The notes below the pieces were generated by a model. That model ran no database searches and had not been told where the DNA came from. It saw only the letters and a program-made list of their open reading frames with translations. DNA of 64,000 bases from the IMG/VR virus record IMGVR_UViG_2693429713_000009. One strand, 5' to 3'. A program made the position numbers and the translations under genes. Each line of letters begins with the position of its first letter. Positions within the stretch are counted from its first letter, which is position 1. Origin of the DNA: a virus. Lineage: Duplodnaviria; Heunggongvirae; Uroviricota; Caudoviricetes. Of this stretch, positions 27,686 through 37,450 are shown in pieces.

Positions 27686-27735
27686 ACCTTCTAATTTTTA
27701 TTTTAGATAAAAAGCGGTCCTCCAGACCGCCAAAC

Positions 27736-28095
27736 TTAAACACCAACCAGACTTTCCAGTGGAATACCAAACTGGGCATGTAAACGACGAATCATAGGTA
27801 ACGTCAAATTTCGTGTCCCATTAAGCACTTCGTAAACACGGTTTGACTTACCAATTGCCGGTTCCAGATCCTTCACGGTCAGCCCTTGCTGTTCCATACG
27901 GAATTTAATGGCCTCAATAGGTGATGGTGGCTCAATTGGGTAATGTTTTTTCTCGTACTCCTCAATGAGAAGACACATAACCTCAAAGAAATCGCCTTCC
28001 GGTGTGTTCATTTCCGGTTCATTATCGAACATCGGTTCGACCGCACGCAGTGCGGCCTCATAATCTTGTTCTGTACGGATAGGTTTAATGTTCAT
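27736..28095 (-). CDS. higA: HigA-family antitoxin (HTH-XRE)
   Basis: 119 aa; C-terminal HTH (…GLTVKDLEPAIGKSNRVYEVLNGTRNLTL…); downstream of toxin gene as in higBA. Confidence 0.65.
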   Translation of the reverse strand: MNIKPIRTEQDYEAALRAVEPMFDNEPEMNTPEGDFFEVMCLLIEEYEKKHYPIEPPSPIEAIKFRMEQQGLTVKDLEPAIGKSNRVYEVLNGTRNLTLPMIRRLHAQFGIPLESLVGV

Positions 28096-28098
28096 GAT

Positions 28099-28401
28099 TT
28101 ACTCCAGTTCTATTGTATCCGCTTCAATGGCATCGTATTCCTTATGTGTTCCAATAAACTTAACGAACATCCATCCTCGCTGATAAGCAATTGCGACAAT
28201 TAACCTGTAATCATTTCCCTTAATATTGAACACCACGCGCCTGTTTTTAAGGATGCTGGCTGTCCGGTACTGTTCTTTGATCTCAGCCGGATTTTTCCAG
28301 TCAGCCTTTGTTGCTTCATCAACCCATGCCTTTAATGGCTGTTCTGCATCGGGATTCTTCGCCCAGAAATCCCTTAGTGTTTTTACCGAAATTATTTTCA
28401 T
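28099..28401 (-). CDS. higB: HigB-family toxin (RelE/ParE fold mRNA interferase)
   Basis: 100 aa from ATG 28401 (MKIISVKTLRDFW…VKFIGTHKEYD); GAAGGAA SD; toxin-first gene order. Confidence 0.65.
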   Translation of the reverse strand: MKIISVKTLRDFWAKNPDAEQPLKAWVDEATKADWKNPAEIKEQYRTASILKNRRVVFNIKGNDYRLIVAIAYQRGWMFVKFIGTHKEYDAIEADTIELE

Positions 28402-28431
28402 CACAGATTCCTTCTCTCTGAAAGTATAGTA

Positions 28432-28477
28432 GTCCCAATATGGGACAATGTAAAGCACTTTAGTCCCATGCTGGGAT
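28432..28477. promoter_or_regulatory. higBA operator candidates (two palindromes)
   Basis: GTCCCAATATGGGAC (28432-28446) and GTCCCATGCTGGGA (28463-28476) just upstream of higB start. Confidence 0.5.
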
Positions 28478-28546
28478 ATGAATTGAAATCACAATCTCCA
28501 GACAATGCACCCTCGATACCTGATAAATCGACCTTTGAGGATGCTT

Positions 28547-29338
28547 ATGGGCCGTTTTGACGAATGGTTTGCTGACGATGCAAACCTGGCAAGTAAGAAG
28601 TCAGAACATGACAGCACGCAGAGAGAAACGCCAGCGCCGATTGAAGCGAATGCAGGAGGCACGCCGGAACATGGCAATACCGGTTCGGATTCATTCAGCA
28701 TTCTGGAAGAGCAACCCGCCGCCAAAGCTGATAGCCATGATAATTTTGCTGATAGCAACGGTGGCCTTACTCCGGATGCTGGCGAATCAGATATAGCCAT
28801 ACTTCCACCTTCCCTGGCTGGCAGAGAACCAACTCCACAGCTAAAAGCACGCTATAACGGGCATAAAGCCTTTAACGACCAAATCCGCGCAGACTGGATG
28901 CTGATTATTGAATCCAGCCCAGACGCGTTTCAGGCTCTCTTATATCGACCAGATGTTGGCACATATGGGGTAGTCAGCGACGAAACAGGAGAAGAGTCAT
29001 TCACTGAACTGGATAACAACCAACGCGAACTGACTTACCAGGAACCTGAAATCGTTTATGTGCTGGATAACCCGGACGGGCGTGACTCTTTCCATGCGAT
29101 TGACGCAGACGGTGAGCAGGATGGTTTAACCGATGATGTTCTGATTCTGCGTATTGCAGCAAATAACGTCCCCGTCGGATCAATTCTTGAATGGAATGAA
29201 GAGATGGTAAACGGCGTAGCCCGCCGCTGGTGGTACGTGCACCGTATTTTTAGCTACGGCACACAGCATGTTGGTTCGCTTTACTACTGCATACCTGCCA
29301 GAAATTTTGATACGACTCAAAACGGAGTGATCGAATGA
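28547..29338 (+). CDS. hypothetical phage protein (start uncertain)
   Basis: 263 aa from ATG 28547; acidic N-terminal half. Confidence 0.45.
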   Translation: MGRFDEWFADDANLASKKSEHDSTQRETPAPIEANAGGTPEHGNTGSDSFSILEEQPAAKADSHDNFADSNGGLTPDAGESDIAILPPSLAGREPTPQLKARYNGHKAFNDQIRADWMLIIESSPDAFQALLYRPDVGTYGVVSDETGEESFTELDNNQRELTYQEPEIVYVLDNPDGRDSFHAIDADGEQDGLTDDVLILRIAANNVPVGSILEWNEEMVNGVARRWWYVHRIFSYGTQHVGSLYYCIPARNFDTTQNGVIE

Positions 29339-30102
29339 CTTCAAATAAAACCCTCCTGGCGCGAACAGGTGAATGGCAAACATCACGCACAGGAAAATTC
29401 CAGACCACGGGCTTTGAAAACGTGGATAACGCGTTTGCTACGCTAATCAGCAATATCTTTTCTGATATCTTACTGGTGGCCCCCGCGCCGGAAGAAAAAC
29501 GCTTTGCGTCATTCCTGAATCGTCCACCAGCAGAGCGTGTCTATGTGGCCCGTTTTGACAATGCGATCGAGTTTCTTAAAGCAGTTCGTCGCGCAAATGC
29601 CGGGCAAGGGAGAAAACCTGAAAACCAGAACATTAACCGGGATGCTCTCCCCCTAGTCAATATCTCACGCACTATGGATATCAATTATATCAACGATGAT
29701 CAGCAGATTGACCGCAAAAAAGTAGCCAGTTTTTGCGAACCAGATACCGGAATGCCTTTAGCAGAACTGGAATACACCCAGGCCATTCTGACGTATGACG
29801 TTACGTTAATGGCAACTGATAAAGCGACCATGAGTCTGATGTGTAATTCGCTGGGCGCACGGCTTCGCCTGATGACAGGTACACAATTTGAAGCAACCAC
29901 TCACCTTGTTCGTGTCCCGGTCCCGCTGATTTGCTCGATACAGGATGCCAAAGAAGTCGGCTTTACGGATGTTTCAGCACCAATTGGAGAAGAGCGTATT
30001 TATGCCACACAAGCGCCGATAAGTGTGATTGCAGACGTGATCACAGCATGGGAGTTGGACGCAAAACGTATTATTACCGAAACCTCGATATCTATGGGGT
30101 GA
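29335..30102 (+). CDS. hypothetical phage protein (probable tail/baseplate operon member)
   Basis: 255 aa; ATGA overlap with upstream gene. Confidence 0.5.
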   Translation: MTSNKTLLARTGEWQTSRTGKFQTTGFENVDNAFATLISNIFSDILLVAPAPEEKRFASFLNRPPAERVYVARFDNAIEFLKAVRRANAGQGRKPENQNINRDALPLVNISRTMDINYINDDQQIDRKKVASFCEPDTGMPLAELEYTQAILTYDVTLMATDKATMSLMCNSLGARLRLMTGTQFEATTHLVRVPVPLICSIQDAKEVGFTDVSAPIGEERIYATQAPISVIADVITAWELDAKRIITETSISMG

Positions 30103-30105
30103 TAA

Positions 30106-31086
30106 GTGGCCCAGGAGTTACAACAATATTTTCTACAGTCAGTGCTCATTAACGATAACAAAGTGCCACGAGACTGGATTTTTACCGCAGTATATGTAGA
30201 AAAAACCAGCCTCAAAGCCCCTTTGCTAAAACTGGAAATTCATGACGCTACCGGCACCGTAATTGATGACTGGAAAGCCAAATACGGTGCATCGCTGGTG
30301 GCTGAAATGGGCGATCCAAACGGTAATGCAGGCACTTTTAAAACAGATTTCTTTGTTACGTCTGCAATGCTGGCTGGTGATGTTGTTACCGTTATTGCTG
30401 TCAGTGAAGACGTGCGTAGGTTTAAGATCCCCTCCCCGCGCACAAATTTACATACCAACAAAACACCAGACGCTATATTCAAGGCATATTCCGGCAAGCT
30501 TAAAATTACCAGCAGCGTGCTAAAACGCGCAGTTACATATCATCTGAATGCCGGTGACAAACCGTCAAAAATGCTTTCGGAGATAGCGCGAGACAAAGGT
30601 GCATTATGTTGGGTATGCCGGGGGGAATTTAACTTTTACACCCTGGCTGATCTGATGAAGCAAACGCCATCATTTACCTACGAGGGGAATAACCCTAAAG
30701 CAGAATACACTTTGTCCAAAATGCGCCTACTCCAACAGGAACATGCGACAACAGCAAAGAATCAATATCGTTTTGTTGGGTATTCCATGACCGATGGCTA
30801 CGTCGAATATGGCGATAGCTCACTCCCAGTGCGTTATATATCCGACTCTGATATGGAAACTCTTCGCAATATGCAGCTGTCTCTCGTCCCCAAAATGGAT
30901 ATAGAAGTCGCAGGCAATCCTGATATAAAACCGGGGATGGTGATAGAGATTATCGTATACCGCTATGACCAGGAAAACCGCATTGATGAATCAATGCCCC
31001 GTAAGCTAATAGTAAAAAATGTTGCGCACTTTGAAGACCGCGTAGGCTACACAACACGAATGATATTGGGAGTGCCGAACAAATGA
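30106..31086 (+). CDS. putative tail/baseplate protein
   Basis: 326 aa; coupled to the V-like spike gene downstream. Confidence 0.45.
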   Translation: MAQELQQYFLQSVLINDNKVPRDWIFTAVYVEKTSLKAPLLKLEIHDATGTVIDDWKAKYGASLVAEMGDPNGNAGTFKTDFFVTSAMLAGDVVTVIAVSEDVRRFKIPSPRTNLHTNKTPDAIFKAYSGKLKITSSVLKRAVTYHLNAGDKPSKMLSEIARDKGALCWVCRGEFNFYTLADLMKQTPSFTYEGNNPKAEYTLSKMRLLQQEHATTAKNQYRFVGYSMTDGYVEYGDSSLPVRYISDSDMETLRNMQLSLVPKMDIEVAGNPDIKPGMVIEIIVYRYDQENRIDESMPRKLIVKNVAHFEDRVGYTTRMILGVPNK

Positions 31087-31736
31087 AGCGTAGAGCGCAA
31101 ATTGTTGGAACTGTGCACCCGGCAGGGCTTATGCGTGCTCAAGTCCGTGTTTTACCTGACTGGAATGGCGTTCCTGATGACGATCTACCCTGGGCGGAAT
31201 ACCTGTTACCCATCGGTAACGCTTTTGTACCCACAGTCAAAGGTGACCTGGTCTGGGTAGAGTTTCCTTATTTAGATGTTAACGGTCGAATAGACACCAG
31301 ACGCCCAATGATAGTTGGTGCCGCTCAGGATGCACCGGGAGGAATTCCAAACGTTGCACCAGAAGCATCTGGCAAAGGCAACGGCTGGACGCCGCCGGAA
31401 GTAGATGGAGCACCTCCCCGCCCCCAAATCTCAGCAACGAAAGACTTCGTTATTCACCGCAACAATATTCTTGAAGTACGAACTGCTGGTGGCGGCTATG
31501 AAATTGCCAATACGGCAGCAGGCTCAAGGATTGGCATGAATGAGTCCGGGCAGATATATATCATTGGTCCGGCTGATGTAATCGTGAATGCAGGAGGGAG
31601 TGTTAACGTCAAATCAGCCAACAACATCAATGTTAAAGGGGAAAATATTGCTGTCACCGCTAACGGAGACATAGCTTTCAAGGCAGGAGGAACCTTTCAG
31701 GCCACTGCTAGCAACTTCGATTTCAAGAAAGGATAG
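31083..31736 (+). CDS. putative baseplate spike protein (gpV/Mu gp45-like)
   Basis: 217 aa; N-terminal OB-like region (GTVHPAGLMRAQVRV…GDLVWVEFP) and C-terminal repetitive beta-helix-like segment. Confidence 0.45.
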   Translation: MKRRAQIVGTVHPAGLMRAQVRVLPDWNGVPDDDLPWAEYLLPIGNAFVPTVKGDLVWVEFPYLDVNGRIDTRRPMIVGAAQDAPGGIPNVAPEASGKGNGWTPPEVDGAPPRPQISATKDFVIHRNNILEVRTAGGGYEIANTAAGSRIGMNESGQIYIIGPADVIVNAGGSVNVKSANNINVKGENIAVTANGDIAFKAGGTFQATASNFDFKKG

Positions 31737-31750
31737 AAAATGCACCCATT

Positions 31751-31784
31751 TATGTTAGATAATTAACATGCATTTTCTAACACA
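31751..31784. promoter_or_regulatory. pair of operator-like motifs in opposite orientation (sites H and F)
   Basis: TATGTTAGATAATTAACA (plus) and TGTGTTAGAAAATG (minus strand) immediately upstream of the rdgC-like start at 31796. Confidence 0.4.
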
Positions 31785-31795
31785 AATGGTGAGAC

Positions 31796-32701
31796 ATGAG
31801 ATCAGTCGCTTTCAAAAATATCTTCATCTATCGTCTTTCACGCGAAGTTAGCTGGGATACTGCAGAAGTAAATGCAGCCCTTAGCAAGTTTGTGTTTACC
31901 CCATGCGGTTCTCAGGATATGGCTAAAGCTGGTTGGACCCCCGTTCTTGGCGACAACCTCACCCATGAATACCAGGGTTTTCTTCTGATACAGCATAAAC
32001 GAGAGGAAAAAATCCTACCCTCTCAAGTGCTCAAAGAAGAGTTACAGAAAAAAATCCTGACACTTGAAGAAGAGCAAGACAGAAAGCTGAAGAAGACTGA
32101 AAAAGATTCGCTGAAGGATGAAGTGCTTCACTCTCTGCTTCCTCGTGCTTTCACGAGAAAATCAGTCGCTAAAATCCTGATAGACCGAAGCAATCATCTG
32201 GTTTTTGTCGAGGCCAGCAGTGCTAAAAAAGCAGAGGATCAGCTGGCTTTGTTACGGAAATCGCTTGGCAGCTTGCCCGTTGTCCCCTTCTCTCCGAAAG
32301 ACCCATTAGAACTGACCATCACTGGCTGGATTAAAAATGGCTTCCCGAACGGTTTCCGTGCCGGTGAGGAAGCGACCTTAAAAGCATTGCTTGATGATGG
32401 CGGCGCGGTCCGCTGCAAAAAAGTGGACCTGCTATCCGACGAGATCATGAGTCATATAGAAGCTGGTAAGGTTGCAACCACAGTTGCGGTTAACTGGCAA
32501 GACCGTGCATTTTTCAGACTGAATGACGATATGAGTATCAAGGCTTTGTCGTTCAGCGACGAATTGTACGACCAGAACGACGATATTGATCGAGAGGATG
32601 TTGCGCAACGATTTGACGCTGACTTTATCCTGTTTACTGCTGAATTATCCGCGATGTTCACTTCGCTGGTGGAGGCCGTTGGTGGTGAAGCAGAACGTTA
32701 A
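31796..32701 (+). CDS. rdgC: RdgC-like recombination-associated protein (P1 hrdC-like)
   Basis: 301 aa; alignable along its length with E. coli RdgC (…[11 protein letters not shown]…KKTEKDSL(K/R)[12 protein letters not shown]…[17 protein letters not shown]…). Confidence 0.85.
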   Translation: MRSVAFKNIFIYRLSREVSWDTAEVNAALSKFVFTPCGSQDMAKAGWTPVLGDNLTHEYQGFLLIQHKREEKILPSQVLKEELQKKILTLEEEQDRKLKKTEKDSLKDEVLHSLLPRAFTRKSVAKILIDRSNHLVFVEASSAKKAEDQLALLRKSLGSLPVVPFSPKDPLELTITGWIKNGFPNGFRAGEEATLKALLDDGGAVRCKKVDLLSDEIMSHIEAGKVATTVAVNWQDRAFFRLNDDMSIKALSFSDELYDQNDDIDREDVAQRFDADFILFTAELSAMFTSLVEAVGGEAER

Positions 32702-32714
32702 CAATAGACCTCTG

Positions 32715-33365
32715 ATGGTGAGTCTTTGTGATTTCACGGGGAAAATGGTCGCCCCCTGGCTGGAGCATGGTATAGATGCTGTTATCGTCGATCCACAACA
32801 CGCAGAGACCAGAGATGAGCTGATGCAATCAGGCGCAGTTCTGACACGTATCAGTGCGATTATCGATAGTGATGAAGTTTATGCTTTTCTCCGAAATAAT
32901 TTACAACGTATTGTGTTTTTAGCTGGTTTTCCGCCGTGCACGGACCTTGCTGTTTCCGGTGCGCGCTGGTTTGCGCATAAGGCTGACAAAGATCCGTTTT
33001 TCCAGTTCAAAGCGATGCAGGTCGTCTGGCAGTGTTACGATATTGCAAAGATGATTGGTTGCCCGTACATGATTGAAAACCCGGTCAGCCAAATATCGAC
33101 ATTCTGGCGTAAACCTGATCACATCTTCCATCCTTACCACTTCACTGCATATTGCAAGGAAGACAATTACACCAAAAAAACATGCCTCTGGAGCGGGCAA
33201 GGCTTTGTCATGCCTGATGCCCTAATGGACGAATCATTAGGCAAGCCAGATAACAGAATCCATACCGCGCCACCTGGACCTGAAAGGGCTAATTTTCGAA
33301 GTGCTACTCCGCATGGATTCGCAAAGGCAGTTTTCGAAGCGAATAAGGGGGTGCTCTATGAGTAA
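32715..33365 (+). CDS. short C5-cytosine methyltransferase-like protein (catalytic motifs only)
   Basis: 216 aa; motif IV-like GFPPCTDLAVSG and motif VI-like MIENPV; too short for a canonical C5-MTase. Confidence 0.45.
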   Translation: MVSLCDFTGKMVAPWLEHGIDAVIVDPQHAETRDELMQSGAVLTRISAIIDSDEVYAFLRNNLQRIVFLAGFPPCTDLAVSGARWFAHKADKDPFFQFKAMQVVWQCYDIAKMIGCPYMIENPVSQISTFWRKPDHIFHPYHFTAYCKEDNYTKKTCLWSGQGFVMPDALMDESLGKPDNRIHTAPPGPERANFRSATPHGFAKAVFEANKGVLYE

Positions 33366-34263
33366 ATCTATAGCAAGCATAGCCATAGAAAAACAGGATA
33401 CGATGGCTGAAATTAGCTATATGCGCACCATTCGGACTCAGGATGAATATGAGCGCCCGATCTTCAAATGGGTAGGCGGTAAATTCTCAGAGTTGCCTAC
33501 AGTGCTTGAGCATCTACCACACGGCAAGCGGTTAATAGAACCATTCGTTGGTGGCGGTTCCGTATTTACAAATGCAGGATTTCGCCACAACCTGCTTAAT
33601 GATATTAACGGTGACCTGATTAACTTCTATCAGACATTGCAGCGAGAAGGACATTCGCTCGTCACGCTGTCATATAGTTTTTTCCAAAATTACAACAACG
33701 CTGACGCTTACCTAGAAGTGCGTGAGGCATTTAACAGAGGAAAGTATGACCAGCTACATCATGCTGCCGCCTTTTTGTACCTTAATCGGCACTGTTTTAA
33801 TGGCGTAACGCGGTACAACCAAAATGGCGAGTTCAACGTGGGGTATGGCAAATACAAAGCGCCCTACTTCCCACATGCAGAGATGGAGGCATTTTTGGCT
33901 GATGACGTACTCAAAAACACGTCCTTTGTATCAGGTGACTTTGCTGGCGTCATCGAGGCGGCTGGTGAAGGCGATGTGATTTTTTGCGATCCGCCGTATG
34001 AACCGCTGCCGGATACAGAAGGGTTTACCAGTTATTCAGGAAATAGCTTCCGTTTCGACGAACAGAAACGGCTGGTATCTCTATTGGTGGAAGCCCACCA
34101 GCGCGGCGCTAAGGTAGTGATAACAAATAGTGGTGCGCCAAACATCCGTGAACTATATGAAGGAAACGGGTTTAAAGTACATCATATGGCAGCCAGACGG
34201 TCGGTGTCCTGCAAGGCGTCAACACGTGTAGTTGCTAACGATATAATTGCAATAATGAAGTAA
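33358..34263 (+). CDS. Dam-like N6-adenine DNA methyltransferase
   Basis: 301 aa from ATG 33358; FKWVGGKF…EPFVGGGSVF…DPPY motifs; 8-nt overlap with upstream ORF in a different frame. Confidence 0.7.
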   Translation: MSKSIASIAIEKQDTMAEISYMRTIRTQDEYERPIFKWVGGKFSELPTVLEHLPHGKRLIEPFVGGGSVFTNAGFRHNLLNDINGDLINFYQTLQREGHSLVTLSYSFFQNYNNADAYLEVREAFNRGKYDQLHHAAAFLYLNRHCFNGVTRYNQNGEFNVGYGKYKAPYFPHAEMEAFLADDVLKNTSFVSGDFAGVIEAAGEGDVIFCDPPYEPLPDTEGFTSYSGNSFRFDEQKRLVSLLVEAHQRGAKVVITNSGAPNIRELYEGNGFKVHHMAARRSVSCKASTRVVANDIIAIMK

Positions 34264-34296
34264 AAAACGCCGCAGTAGCGGCGTTTACTTTTTTAT
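34264..34296. terminator. bidirectional intrinsic terminator between convergent MTase gene and glnS
   Basis: AACGCCGC-agta-GCGGCGTT flanked by A-run and T-run. Confidence 0.6.
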
Positions 34297-34311
34297 GTGG
34301 CGAAATACCTA

Positions 34312-35973
34312 TTAACCTAACTTCGCCCAGGTATCACGCAGCCCAACGGTGCGGTTAAATACCGGTTTTTCCGCCGTAGAATGGCGGCTGTCGAGGCAGA
34401 AATAACCTTCACGCTCAAACTGGAATGCTTTACCCGCTACCGCTTCTTTCAGCGACGGTTCAGCAAAACCCTGTTTGATCACCAGCGATTCCGGGTTAAT
34501 CACCGACAGGAAATCATCCGCAGCACCTGGGTTCGGCACGCTGAACAGACGATCGTACAGGCGGATTTCAACCGGCAGCGCATGTGCCGCGCTCACCCAG
34601 TGAATAACGCCTTTCACTTTACGACCATCTGCCGGATCTTTGCTTAAGGTGTCGGCGTCATAAGTACAGAAGATGGTGGTGATATTGCCTTCGGCATCTT
34701 TCTCCACGCGTTCAGCCTTAATGACGTAAGCATTACGCAGACGCACTTCTTTACCCAGCACCAGACGTTTGTACTGCTTGTTAGCTTCTTCGCGGAAATC
34801 GGCGCGGTCGATCCAAATCTCACCGCTAAACGGCACCTGACGGCTACCCATTTCCGGTTTGTTTGGATGGTTCGGCATGGTGACCATTTCGCCTTCGCCC
34901 TGGTAGTTTTCGATAACCAGTTTCACCGGATCGATAACCGCCATTGCGCGCGGCGCATTTTCGTTGAGATCTTCACGGATGCAGGATTCCAGCGACGCCA
35001 TCTCAATGGTGTTGTCCTGCTTGGTCACGCCGATGCGTTTGCAGAACTCACGAATAGAAGCCGCAGTGTAACCACGACGACGCAGACCGGAAATGGTCGG
35101 CATACGCGGGTCATCCCAGCCTTCAACGTGCTTGTCGGTCACCAGCAGGTTCAGCTTACGCTTGGACATCACAGTGTATTCCAGATTCAGGCGCGAGAAT
35201 TCGTACTGGCGCGGGTGAACAGGAATGGTGATGTTGTCCAGTACCCAGTCATACAGACGACGGTTGTCCTGGAACTCAAGCGTACACAGAGAGTGCGTAA
35301 TACCTTCCAGCGCATCGCTGATGCAGTGGGTGAAGTCGTACATCGGGTAGATGCACCACTTATTGCCAGTCTGGTGGTGTTCAGCAAACTTAATGCGGTA
35401 CAGCACCGGGTCGCGCATCACGATAAACGGCGAAACCATGTCGATTTTCGCACGCAGGCAGGCTTTACCTTCTTCAAAACCACCGGCACGCATTTTTTCG
35501 AACAGCGCCAGGTTCTCTTCAACGCTGCGGTCGCGGTACGGGCTGTTTTTACCCGGCTGCGTCAGGGTGCCGCGGTATTCGCGGATCTGTTCCGGCGTCA
35601 GTTCGTCAACATACGCCAGGCCTTTGTTGATCAGTTCAACAGCATAGGCATGGAGTTTGTCAAAATAATCGGAGGAGTAACGGATGTTGCCAGACCAGTG
35701 AAAACCTAACCATTCAACGTCGTTTTTAATCGACTCGACGTACTCGATATCTTCTTTTACCGGGTTAGTGTCGTCGAAACGCAGGTTGCACTGGCCTTTA
35801 TAGTCCTGGGCGATCCCGAAGTTCAGGCAGATAGATTTCGCATGACCAATATGCAGATAGCCATTCGGTTCCGGCGGGAAACGGGTATGTACTGTGGTGT
35901 GCTTACCACTGGCCAGATCTTCATTGATGATCTGACGAATAAAGTTAGTCGGGCGGGCTTCTGCCTCACTCAT
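34312..35973 (-). CDS. glnS: glutaminyl-tRNA synthetase, host (enterobacterial) type
   Basis: 553 aa; class I HIGH motif ([11 protein letters not shown]), VMSKRK; N-terminus [16 protein letters not shown]… recognised as E. coli/Salmonella-type GlnS. Confidence 0.9.
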   Translation of the reverse strand: MSEAEARPTNFIRQIINEDLASGKHTTVHTRFPPEPNGYLHIGHAKSICLNFGIAQDYKGQCNLRFDDTNPVKEDIEYVESIKNDVEWLGFHWSGNIRYSSDYFDKLHAYAVELINKGLAYVDELTPEQIREYRGTLTQPGKNSPYRDRSVEENLALFEKMRAGGFEEGKACLRAKIDMVSPFIVMRDPVLYRIKFAEHHQTGNKWCIYPMYDFTHCISDALEGITHSLCTLEFQDNRRLYDWVLDNITIPVHPRQYEFSRLNLEYTVMSKRKLNLLVTDKHVEGWDDPRMPTISGLRRRGYTAASIREFCKRIGVTKQDNTIEMASLESCIREDLNENAPRAMAVIDPVKLVIENYQGEGEMVTMPNHPNKPEMGSRQVPFSGEIWIDRADFREEANKQYKRLVLGKEVRLRNAYVIKAERVEKDAEGNITTIFCTYDADTLSKDPADGRKVKGVIHWVSAAHALPVEIRLYDRLFSVPNPGAADDFLSVINPESLVIKQGFAEPSLKEAVAGKAFQFEREGYFCLDSRHSTAEKPVFNRTVGLRDTWAKLG

Positions 35974-36163
35974 TGTGGATTCCTCAAAGCGTAAACAACG
36001 TATAACAGCGTATGATCTTATAAGCCGAATAGGCTGACAACCACTAGTTGATTAGAAATTGCTTTCTATCGTTATTTCAATAATGAGCTTTTTCATGAAG
36101 CCCACTTTTGCGCATAAGTAAATTAATGACAAATGGTACACAATTGGAACCAAAAAGGATGTA

Positions 36164-36200
36164 AAGGTGCACCAAATTAGTGGTGTATTGGTGCACCTTT
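36164..36200. repeat. perfect 13-bp inverted repeat AAAGGTGCACCAA…TTGGTGCACCTTT
   Basis: Downstream of the par operon, near the right edge of the glnS insertion; word AAAAGGATGTAAA precedes it and recurs at 40134. Confidence 0.5.
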
Positions 36201-36241
36201 GGTTCAAGACTTTTTAAGTTCTAAAACCAACCTGAAAGACT

Positions 36242-36529
36242 TTATTTTGCTTCCTCAGACTCCGCTAACATGAGGATAGCATGGCGGATCATATTCAATT
36301 TGCTGCGATTATGCTTTTTACTTAACGCATCAAGTACTTGGTACTCGTATTCATTGAAACCAACACGAATAGATTTAAAATCACGTGGAGCGTCCTTATC
36401 GAGCACTTTGTTGTCTTCTGGTTGCTCACCCGGCACCAAATCAGCCTTACTGGCAAAATCCTCAATTCGGCGTTCAAGATCGGGGTCTTTTACTTCGGGG
36501 GCTTTTACCGATTTACGAGGCTTAATCAC
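36242..36529 (-). CDS. ParG-like ribbon-helix-helix centromere-binding protein
   Basis: 95 aa; immediately downstream of and overlapping the parA-type ATPase gene; basic N-terminus and RHH-like C-terminus. Confidence 0.5.
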   Translation of the reverse strand: MIKPRKSVKAPEVKDPDLERRIEDFASKADLVPGEQPEDNKVLDKDAPRDFKSIRVGFNEYEYQVLDALSKKHNRSKLNMIRHAILMLAESEEAK

Positions 36530-37163
36530 TTAATAACTCCTTAACCAACATCTGGATTTCACCTTTAGCTTTCCCGTTGTCCATCTCAACAACGCCCTTC
36601 CCTTCAGCCATGCAATCGCGGTAAACCTTACGATCACGAATGATGGTTTTCAGCAACTTCAGTTGCGGATATTCAGCCAGGTACTCTTTGGCCTCATTGG
36701 TTTCATTCACAACCGGATTGGATGGGGCCATTGTTAAGACTGCGAACGCCTTAATGCTAGGATTAGGCATCAGGTCCAAAGCCTCTTCAAACACTTCAAC
36801 AAAGTGTGCCAGCGTGTCTAAATCTGGTTGAGATGGTCTGAATGGGACCAACACAATATCTGCAGCGGTTATGCCTGTACGCATCTCTTTGCTATCGCGC
36901 CCGGCTGTATCAACAACTACAAATTCATAACGCTTATCCAGATCGAGAAGTGTTTCTCGAATATTACCAAACTTCTGGACACAATGAATTACAGGAGAAA
37001 CCTCTGCCGTGTTACGGTCAGCTGCCCAGCGGGCAGCTGTTCCTTGCTTGTCTGCATCTAGTAACACTACATCCTTATTTGCGCGGGCAAGCTCCGCACA
37101 GATGTTTACGCTTGTGGTTGATTTTCCACAGCCACCTTTTTGGCTGACTACCAATATAATCAT
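36522..37163 (-). CDS. parA: ParA/ParF-type partition ATPase (type Ib)
   Basis: 213 aa from ATG 37163; deviant Walker A KGGCGKST; GAGGAA SD. Confidence 0.75.
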   Translation of the reverse strand: MIILVVSQKGGCGKSTTSVNICAELARANKDVVLLDADKQGTAARWAADRNTAEVSPVIHCVQKFGNIRETLLDLDKRYEFVVVDTAGRDSKEMRTGITAADIVLVPFRPSQPDLDTLAHFVEVFEEALDLMPNPSIKAFAVLTMAPSNPVVNETNEAKEYLAEYPQLKLLKTIIRDRKVYRDCMAEGKGVVEMDNGKAKGEIQMLVKELLSD

Positions 37164-37450
37164 ATCCGTTCCTCGGTGTGATTTTGGTATCAAAACGGTT
37201 CCAGATAAGAGCCTTTTTGATGCGGGACAGGCTCTATAATGGAGTCATTAATGTTTGGCAAAGTATAACATCAATCAGACCAAATACACCTTATATTGCA
37301 TCCTATTTAACACGAAATCAGCCCAAAATTGGAACCAGATACAAAATAACTCCATAGCAGCACCTAAGTGGTACCAAATTAACACCAATTAGACACCATT
37401 AAGGCATAAAAAAGGCTGCAATTTGCAGCCTTAAACCAGCACATCTTCTG

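Noticed and set aside
34867-35709. 280-aa plus-strand ORF
   Set aside because: Lies entirely antisense within the well-supported glnS coding sequence; Arg/Val-rich composition typical of an antisense artefact.
36164-36230. Possible tRNA gene downstream of glnS (palindrome plus GGTTCAAGAC)
   Set aside because: No cloverleaf can be drawn; it is a simple 13-bp inverted repeat. No tRNA gene was identified by eye anywhere in the window, though an automated scan would be needed to exclude one.
34264-36241. Interpretation that glnS marks chromosomal DNA adjacent to a prophage
   Set aside because: Both flanks are phage/plasmid genes (Dam-like MTase on one side, partition genes on the other), so the gene is internal to the element unless the assembly is chimeric.
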